NCBI GenBank assembly: GCA_965248775.1
Contig: OZ252150.1
Coordinates: 5,473,990 to 5,537,989, forward strand
Origin: Anaerolineales bacterium
GTDB taxonomy: Bacteria > Chloroflexota > Anaerolineae > Anaerolineales > JBHHUI01
Reading direction: 5' to 3'
DNA length: 64,000 nt
Below the pieces are notes generated by a model. The model saw only the letters and a list, made by a program, of their open reading frames with translations, was not told the DNA's origin and did no database searches. The translations under genes were made by a program, and so were the position numbers. Of this stretch, positions 57,758-64,000 are shown piece after piece (within the stretch, counting starts at the first letter, position 1; the number at the start of each line of letters is the position of its first letter).

Positions 57758-58078
57758 TTAATTGTTCCCGAGATCATTGGGGAGGTGCACCTCGACAACC
57801 CCGTCTACTTCACGCACTTCGTAACCCTGCAGGCAGTATTTACCCAGTTCGGGATACACAGATTGTCCACTCGCGATGTCGAAGCGCCAGCCGTGCTCGG
57901 GGCACTCAAGTTCGCCGTTGTACAAATCGCCGCGCGCCAGGTTGCCCAACGCATGCGGGCAGAGTGCACTGAAAGCGTGTACTTTGCCCGCATGCCGGAT
58001 CAACACGACAGGTTTGCCATCAATCTTCACTCGTGTTATGCGGTTCGAGCGCACGTCGCGTGATTTTATCGTTTGCAT
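57758..58078 (-). CDS. Rieske [2Fe-2S] ferredoxin-like protein
   Basis: CPH...(17)...CPEHGWRF motif pair. 106 aa. Confidence 0.85.
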   Translation of the reverse strand: MQTIKSRDVRSNRITRVKIDGKPVVLIRHAGKVHAFSALCPHALGNLARGDLYNGELECPEHGWRFDIASGQSVYPELGKYCLQGYEVREVDGVVEVHLPNDLGNN

Positions 58079-58153
58079 AAGAGTAGGTGCCTGGCAATAC
58101 GTTCATTCTAATCGTGAAAATCAGATCAAAAAGATGCAATAGAGTGTAAGTTC

Positions 58154-58171
58154 AAGTGCCAGGCATCTGAA
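58154..58171 (+). repeat. 18-nt direct repeat AAGTGCCAGGCATCTGAA (copy 2)
   Basis: Exact copy of 50434-50451. A partial inverted copy GGTGCCTGGCA lies at 58086-58096. Confidence 0.6.
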
Positions 58172-58276
58172 TTGAAATTATAACTTGCAAGACGTTCGCC
58201 ATGGTATACTTTTGCTTCACCTGTCGAATCTCGACGGTCACGGAGAATCCGTGGCCGTTTTGTATGTATTGGTACG

Positions 58277-59869
58277 ATGTCTGCACTTAACGGAACACTT
58301 CAAGAACAAATCGACCGCCGCCGCACCTTCGCGATTATCTCGCACCCGGATGCGGGCAAGACCACTTTAACAGAAAAGCTGCTGCTGTACAGCAATGCCA
58401 TCCATTTGGCTGGGAACGTGCGGGCGCGGCGCAACCAGCGCAATACCACCTCGGATTGGATGGCGATTGAACGCGAACGCGGCATCTCGATCACATCCAC
58501 CGTGCTCCAGTTTCCCTATGCCGGTCACATCATCAACCTGATGGATACGCCCGGTCACGCAGATTTCTCCGAGGATACCTATCGCACGCTAGCCGCTACA
58601 GATAGCGCCGTGATGGTACTCGATGCTGCCAAGGGTATCGAGTCTCAGACCCGCAAACTGTTCGAAGTGTGCCGCCAGCGCGGCGTTCCGATCTTCACCT
58701 TTATCAATAAATTGGACCGGCCCTCCCAGGACCCGCTGGACTTGCTCGACGAGATCGAAAAGGTGCTGGAAATGGAGGCCGTTCCGATGAACTGGCCGAT
58801 CGGCGACGGCCCCAATTTCCGGGGCATCTACGACCGCTCTACGCGCACGGTGCATCTTTTTGATCGCACAATACATAACCAGAGCATCTCTCCGGAAACC
58901 ACTTTCGAGCTTGACGATGAGCGCCTTGCCAACGAGTTAAGCGCGAAGCAACGCGACGAACTTCTCTCAGGTGTGGAATTGTTGGATGGCTTAGGCATTG
59001 ATTTCGACCACGAGTTCACGCTCGCCGGCGAGCAGACGCCGGTATTTTTTGGCAGTGCTCTGACAAACTTCGGCGTGCAGCTCTTTATGAACTCCTTTGT
59101 AGAATTCGCACCGCCGCCCGGTTCCTTCGCCACCGACAACGGGGTTATCTCCCCGGAGCAGGAGGACTTCTCCGGATTTGTTTTCAAGATTCAGGCCAAT
59201 ATGAATCCGCGCCATCGCGACAGTGTGGCATTTTTGCGCATCTGCTCGGGCCGCTTTGAGCGCAACATGGCTGTTACACACGCACAGACCGGGAAGACCA
59301 TCCGCCTGCCGCGGCCATATAAATTCTTTGCGGAAGAGCGTGAAGTGCTGGAAGAAGCCTTTCCGGGGGACATAATAGGTTTGCCCAGCAATGGCAACTT
59401 CGCGATTGGCGACACCCTTTGCGTCGACGCGAATTTCAGATTTACTCCCATTCCACGCTTCGAGCCGGAGTTGTATGCCCGGCTGATCAATACGGACGTG
59501 GGCAAACAGAAACAGTTCTTGAAAGGTCTGCGCCAATTGGAAACGGAAGGCGCAATGCAGGTACTTTACGAGAGCGATGCAATGCAGAGACATCCGGTGC
59601 TGGCGGTTGTCGGCCAGCTTCAATTTGAAGTTGTGCGCTCCCGCTTGGAAACTGAATATCGCGTCGAAACGACAATCGAGCCGTTACCCTTTAAGCTCGT
59701 ACGGTTATTGGAAGGCCCTCCGGATGAACTGGAGCGCCTGCCCTGGGGATATGGTCTGACACGGGCGCGGGACTCGATGGATCGTGAAGTGGCGCTCTTC
59801 CGTTCGCAATACGATCTGGATCATTGCCGTGAGAACTATCCAGACGTGACCTTCGCGCCTTACGGATAA
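58277..59869 (+). CDS. prfC: peptide chain release factor 3
   Basis: AIISHPDAGKTTLTEKLLL G1 motif, DTPGHADF and NKLD. Confidence 0.92.
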   Translation: MSALNGTLQEQIDRRRTFAIISHPDAGKTTLTEKLLLYSNAIHLAGNVRARRNQRNTTSDWMAIERERGISITSTVLQFPYAGHIINLMDTPGHADFSEDTYRTLAATDSAVMVLDAAKGIESQTRKLFEVCRQRGVPIFTFINKLDRPSQDPLDLLDEIEKVLEMEAVPMNWPIGDGPNFRGIYDRSTRTVHLFDRTIHNQSISPETTFELDDERLANELSAKQRDELLSGVELLDGLGIDFDHEFTLAGEQTPVFFGSALTNFGVQLFMNSFVEFAPPPGSFATDNGVISPEQEDFSGFVFKIQANMNPRHRDSVAFLRICSGRFERNMAVTHAQTGKTIRLPRPYKFFAEEREVLEEAFPGDIIGLPSNGNFAIGDTLCVDANFRFTPIPRFEPELYARLINTDVGKQKQFLKGLRQLETEGAMQVLYESDAMQRHPVLAVVGQLQFEVVRSRLETEYRVETTIEPLPFKLVRLLEGPPDELERLPWGYGLTRARDSMDREVALFRSQYDLDHCRENYPDVTFAPYG

Positions 59870-59892
59870 ATTCAACATCGATTCACCAATAA

Positions 59893-60420
59893 ATGAAGCA
59901 ACCTTTGTTCCTCTTGTTGCTGTATGCTGCTAGCAGCACAGCTTGCACAACATCTTCAACCTCCCCTGAACTTGTGGTTGTACAGGTGGCCGAAGCACCT
60001 GCTCCCGACGTTGGGCCAACCGCAATCTACGAACTCGAGGTAATCATCCGGCCTGCACCAACAGATTGTGGACCGGAGGCGGCCATCACGCTCGCCCAAA
60101 CACATTCGGATTTAGCTCTCGCGGCGATCACTGATGTCCACAGCGTGGAAGTCACAACCGGCGATCCGATTTATATTGCTGCGATCGGAACAGCCGCTTT
60201 TGGTGCTGCGCTGGAGCAAATGGCCGCATATCGCGTACCGGAATGTCTTGCGCCGGCACACACACAAGCGGTACGGTTTTTTTCGGAGCGTAGCGCCGGT
60301 TACGAGTCGCTTGCAGCCGGAGACCAGATTGGTTTTGAGAACCACCTCGCGCAGGGCGAAGCTGCCCGGCAGGAGATGAATGCGGAATTAAGTGCGCGTC
60401 TCTCCGCCGAGTCAAGCTAG
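59893..60420 (+). CDS. hypothetical lipoprotein
   Basis: Lipobox SSTAC after a hydrophobic signal. I recognised no domain. Confidence 0.5.
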   Translation: MKQPLFLLLLYAASSTACTTSSTSPELVVVQVAEAPAPDVGPTAIYELEVIIRPAPTDCGPEAAITLAQTHSDLALAAITDVHSVEVTTGDPIYIAAIGTAAFGAALEQMAAYRVPECLAPAHTQAVRFFSERSAGYESLAAGDQIGFENHLAQGEAARQEMNAELSARLSAESS

Positions 60421-60612
60421 AAGGAGTCAGTCATATAGTCCTTCGTGATTCTATACCGCTGTCGCTGACCTAGGCACAGAAAGTAAACCAGCCCAACCTC
60501 CATCTGGCTTTAATGCGATGTGAGTATTCTGATTTACTTCATCTATCGAGGAGGAAGACGATCACGTTTACACGCAAGGAGATCCTGCTTACCCAGGGTA
60601 ATTCAAGCCCCC

Positions 60613-61695
60613 CTAGCGCCGCTTCGTCTCAAATCCACGCCCGCGCACTTCGTGAGCAGGGAGCACGATCATAAAAGCGCCTTCGTCAGTATCGCTGAGG
60701 AGCTTGCGCAGTTGGGGGACTTCCGTCACGGTGGTGGCAATCATCAGCACTTCGTGCTCCGCGCCGGTATACATGCCGGTGCCGTGCAAAGCCGTTGTGC
60801 CGCGTTTGAGATCGTGAAGTACGCGCTCAGAGATCAGTTTGGCCTCATCGGTGATCACAAGCGCCAAAAGCTGCCGGCGGCGCCGAGAGAGCGGGCCGAA
60901 GTCCACCCTGTGCGATTGCGGGCGGCCTTTTTCAGCCTCGATATCATCATCAGCGACGCGTGCCAGGCTGCTCAATACTGGGAACTCTCCGTACTTTGGC
61001 AGAACCTCGCCGCTGGCCTTTTGCAATCCGGCTGTCAGCACGCCGATTGCCAGAATGATTCCGTTGTAGGACAGCCCGAGAGTGAGCACTAGCCAGCCCG
61101 GCAAAGAACCAAACGCTGCCCGGCGGAGCAGCTCTCCAAAGTCGCGTGCAATCTCTGGATGAAGGTACATCTTCAAAAGCCAGGCCAAGCCCAACACGAT
61201 AAAGATCCAGAAGTAATTGCGCCGCATGCGGCGTCCAAAAGCCTCGAGTCGCGAGATTGGAAAGTCTGGGTGCAATAAACTCTCGGCCAAGCTCTCCGCC
61301 CAATCTTCGCCCGGCGCGAAAGGCGGCACAAGCATATTCGCAAAGAAATCTTGCTCCATCAGGCGCGTGCGCACCGAGAACAATTCGAAATAACGGTAAC
61401 GGCGTGCCTCGATAGTCAGAAACATGGTCACGAGGATCGTACTGATAATAATGGCGGCGTGGTGATTGGTTGGGCTGCTCAGCGCGAACGAGATCGTCGT
61501 CGCGGTGACGACCACAGCCCAGTTTGTCGTGCTGTCGAGGCGAGTGCGCCACGTATTGGCCCGGCTAATTTCGCCTCGATAGTAGTGCACCATCGCAGTG
61601 GTGAACTCATTGGGGCCCAGTTGATAGCCGCGAAAGCTCCAGACATGCTCGTCCTGGCGATCCTGTTCGGGAATCGCTTGAGAGGTGTCAGCCAA
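60613..61695 (-). CDS. membrane protein fusing a DUF2270-like N-terminal region with a DUF2179 (YitT C-terminal) domain
   Basis: HYYRGEISRANTWRTRLDSTTNWAV (DUF2270-like), several TM segments, and a C-terminal ...HGTGMYTGAEHEVLMIATTVTEVPQLRKLL...AFMIVLPAHEVRGRGF (DUF2179-like). Confidence 0.65.
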   Translation of the reverse strand: MADTSQAIPEQDRQDEHVWSFRGYQLGPNEFTTAMVHYYRGEISRANTWRTRLDSTTNWAVVVTATTISFALSSPTNHHAAIIISTILVTMFLTIEARRYRYFELFSVRTRLMEQDFFANMLVPPFAPGEDWAESLAESLLHPDFPISRLEAFGRRMRRNYFWIFIVLGLAWLLKMYLHPEIARDFGELLRRAAFGSLPGWLVLTLGLSYNGIILAIGVLTAGLQKASGEVLPKYGEFPVLSSLARVADDDIEAEKGRPQSHRVDFGPLSRRRRQLLALVITDEAKLISERVLHDLKRGTTALHGTGMYTGAEHEVLMIATTVTEVPQLRKLLSDTDEGAFMIVLPAHEVRGRGFETKRR

Positions 61696-62557
61696 GATTT
61701 GCCCCCTGATCCTTCGGGATTAAGACTACCGGTTTGAATTGGGAAGAATCGAACTCTGTAATTCCATTCGGTCCAAGCTCTTCCAGCATCTCACGCACAG
61801 AAATCGCATCAGATCGCAGTTTGGCAACATCCACACCCCGACATTGATCTGGCAGGGGATTGATCCACTGCCGTACTCGCAAGAACATTTTGGCAGCGCC
61901 TTTATAGTTGCCACGCTCGATCTGCAAATAGGCCACGGCAACTTGCAGGATGGCACGGTAAAGTTCACGCGCAGGACTCTCATCCGCACGCCAGGCCTCT
62001 TCCAATTCTTCGTGAGCCTCGAAGTACTCTCCGGTGTTGAACAACTCGATGCCGGCAGCAGCGCGTGGAGCTAATTCTCCTGCGCAGGCTTCGGAAAGCG
62101 CCGCCACGTCCGGGACGCGGGCATGCTCCTGTAGGAGTTGAGGCAGCAACTCCACAAAGCGTGAGCGCGCCAGTACCTGATCGGCACCGGCTGCCCGTGC
62201 TTCTTTCAAAGTATCGACTTCAGTATGGCGACCGAAACATACAATCGGCATACGCCGTGTGGCAGGGGAAGATTTAATGCGGGTGATCCATTCCGCCCAG
62301 GGGATGGATTTGTTTTCGAGGTCGAAGATTGCCAGTGCGGCCACTTCAGTTGTCAATCGATCCAATAAGGTGCCAACGCGACCCTCGAGCGCTTCCCCTG
62401 GTGGTTGCTCCACTGTTCCAGAGTTGGAACCGAGTTGGTTTGCATGTGCAATTGTTTCAACTCGGAATCCGAGCCGCCGCGCCACATCTTCAATCTGCGG
62501 AGCGAAAAATAGATCGTCTACAAAGACCATCACCAGAGGCTGCTGTTCTGCTTCCAT
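61688..62557 (-). CDS. receiver-like domain fused to DUF309
   Basis: The N-terminus has VMVFVDD...AIFDL...VCFG (a REC-like fold with an insertion). The C-terminus has FNTGEYFEAHEELEEAW (DUF309). Confidence 0.65.
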   Translation of the reverse strand: MEAEQQPLVMVFVDDLFFAPQIEDVARRLGFRVETIAHANQLGSNSGTVEQPPGEALEGRVGTLLDRLTTEVAALAIFDLENKSIPWAEWITRIKSSPATRRMPIVCFGRHTEVDTLKEARAAGADQVLARSRFVELLPQLLQEHARVPDVAALSEACAGELAPRAAAGIELFNTGEYFEAHEELEEAWRADESPARELYRAILQVAVAYLQIERGNYKGAAKMFLRVRQWINPLPDQCRGVDVAKLRSDAISVREMLEELGPNGITEFDSSQFKPVVLIPKDQGANLG

Positions 62558-62701
62558 GTGTCCATTATAACTCCCAAGAGCGGTAGGCATTCCGGTTCGT
62601 GGGCATGCAAATTGTAAAGTTGTGCTGAGACCTCGGCGCTCTTCCCCTTTTACCCTGTCTCGAGTGTTGTGATTTGAGTGATCTTAGGGCATATTCGGCA
62701 G

Positions 62702-64000
62702 ATGCAACTTCCCATCGTAAAACCGGCTCCCATCGTATCAGAGCACAGCGCCAGCTTTCGCGGGGTGTTTGAAAACCGCTGTCAGTTCCGGCATTTCGAG
62801 AATTATCTAACCGGACTGATTGTGTTGAAGAACAAGTCGATGGCGAACATGACGCGCTGCCTGTTGGATAGCGCTGACAAGACCAACCTGTCGCGCTTCT
62901 TGTCGGAAGCGAACTGGGATGCCGCGGAACTGAACCAGGATCGCATTGCATACTTATTCCAGCAAACCAAGCGCCAGCGCCAGGGCGCCCGCAAATCGAT
63001 GCTGGCCATCGATGATACTTTGTGCGAGCACGTCGGCAGTCTGTTCGAATACATTGACCAACATTACAACCACGGCAACCACATGTATCCGCTAGCGCAC
63101 AATCTGGTCACCGGCCACTACATCAGCGGCGCGGTTCGCTTTCCGGCCGACTGGCGACTGTACCGGCGCTACGAAGAAGTCACCGACTGGGAAGCGTTCG
63201 TCAAGAAACTGTTGCCCGACGCTACGATCCCGAAAACCAAGAAGGAGCGTAATCGCTTCAAACGTCAAGTCGCACCCACCTTGCTGGCCGACCCAGAGTT
63301 CCGGGCTCTGGACGAATCTTTTCAGACCAAGATTTCGCTGGCGGCTGAACTGGTCAAGGCGGCGCTGGCGCACGATTTGCCCTTTGAAACGGTGCTGTTC
63401 GACGCCTGGTACCTGGCACCCGAATTGCTCGAAGTTCTCAGTGCGCATGGCAAGCACTGGATCAGCCTGCTGAAAAACAACCGCAACCTTATCACCAACA
63501 GCTTTGTGCTCCAGGATGCTTCCGGCGAACGCATGCGCTTTGATGGTCCGCACATCAAGGTGCAGGACCTAGTGCCGCTTATCCCACCTTCCGCTTTCAA
63601 ACCGATGCAAGTGGGCGAGCAGACCTACTACTGCTTCAGCAAGAATGTACGCATCCCGACTTTGGGGAAGGTACGGCTGGTCATCAGCTTTGCCAAGCCT
63701 GATTTAACCGGCACCTATGCCGTGCTGGTCAGCAGCCATCTCAGTTGGGATGCCAAGAAGATCATCGCAACCTATCTGCTCCGTTGGCCGATTGAGACCT
63801 TTTATCAAGACGCCAAACAGAACCTGGGGCTCCACGAATATCGCATGCGCTCGGCCGCCGCCATTCATAAGCACTGGTCACTGGTCTTCGTGGCCTATTC
63901 GTTCCTGCACCTGCACTGTTTGCCCACATCGCGTCGTGACAAGGTCTGCGCGCCCATCCAATCCATCGGGCAGGTTATTCGCCAACAAAGCCAGCAGCTA
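62702..64000 (+). CDS. IS701/IS4-like DDE transposase, 3' end beyond the window
   Basis: This is my own translation from ATG 62702: MQLPIVKPAP...AIDDTLCEH...FDAWY...YLLRWPIETFYQDAKQ (Y-2-R-3-E-6-K). The frame is open to the window edge, so it is absent from the ORF track. Confidence 0.75.
   Translation, partial: MQLPIVKPAPIVSEHSASFRGVFENRCQFRHFENYLTGLIVLKNKSMANMTRCLLDSADKTNLSRFLSEANWDAAELNQDRIAYLFQQTKRQRQGARKSMLAIDDTLCEHVGSLFEYIDQHYNHGNHMYPLAHNLVTGHYISGAVRFPADWRLYRRYEEVTDWEAFVKKLLPDATIPKTKKERNRFKRQVAPTLLADPEFRALDESFQTKISLAAELVKAALAHDLPFETVLFDAWYLAPELLEVLSAHGKHWISLLKNNRNLITNSFVLQDASGERMRFDGPHIKVQDLVPLIPPSAFKPMQVGEQTYYCFSKNVRIPTLGKVRLVISFAKPDLTGTYAVLVSSHLSWDAKKIIATYLLRWPIETFYQDAKQNLGLHEYRMRSAAAIHKHWSLVFVAYSFLHLHCLPTSRRDKVCAPIQSIGQVIRQQSQQL

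Noticed and set aside
1-64000. tRNA, rRNA, tmRNA or other canonical RNA genes in the larger intergenic regions (3885-4146, 15714-16117, 35556-36016, 51970-52193, 58079-58276, 60421-60612).
   Set aside because: I found no cloverleaf-compatible sequence (no GTTCRANYC T-loop context with a matching acceptor stem) and no rRNA-like conserved blocks by eye. A tRNAscan/Infernal run would be needed to be definitive.

Overview
This 64-kb bacterial window has gene content and protein style that look Chloroflexota-like. That assignment is inference only; no search was run.

(1) 1-15.7 kb holds housekeeping and catabolic genes. They are an alpha/beta hydrolase with an in-frame TAG, an LLM oxidoreductase, a Hanks Ser/Thr kinase, a PEBP, a crotonase, an SDR, a two-subunit AcnX, a HIBADH-like dehydrogenase, rpiA, a DUF3291 protein, rpe, a SulP-STAS-rhodanese fusion, glpX and a lipoprotein.

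(2) 16.0-34.3 kb is a complete co-directional dcw cluster: mraZ-rsmH-ftsL-ftsI-murF-mraY-(91-aa ORF)-murD-ftsW-murG-(CvpA-like)-murC-murB-ddl-ftsQ-ftsA-ftsZ. It lacks murE. It is preceded by a sigma70-like promoter and four 10-bp-phased AGTG[G/T] boxes that look like a MraZ operator.

(3) 36.0-39.0 kb is nrdR-nrdJ.

(4) 34.3-64 kb is riddled with mobile DNA:
- An IS1-family element sits exactly on the ftsZ stop codon with a 9-bp TSD.
- An ISAzo13-family IS splits a lipoprotein gene with a 3-bp TSD.
- There is a three-level nest. An IS1595-family element is interrupted by an IS1 and by a TnpB-only IS605-type element. That element is in turn interrupted by an IS4-family IS and by two 55-nt palindromic mini-elements.
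- An intact N6-adenine DNA methyltransferase is translationally coupled to the N-terminal stump of its partner gene. The stump is fused in frame to half of a cytochrome c peroxidase plus a beta-helix domain.
- Two tandem DUF11/LPXTG surface-protein paralogs are each broken by different lesions.
- The remaining genes are a YHYH protein, a VIT-vWA protein, a Rieske protein, prfC, two domain-fusion proteins and a partial IS701-like transposase at the window edge.

I found no cas genes, CRISPR array, tRNA or rRNA, and no clean multi-gene candidate for a new defence-type system. The most unusual signals are the hairpin mini-element family associated with the TnpB element, the decayed R-M module with its chimeric ORF, the complementary-lesion tandem surface genes, and the uncharacterised 91-aa gene inside the dcw operon.
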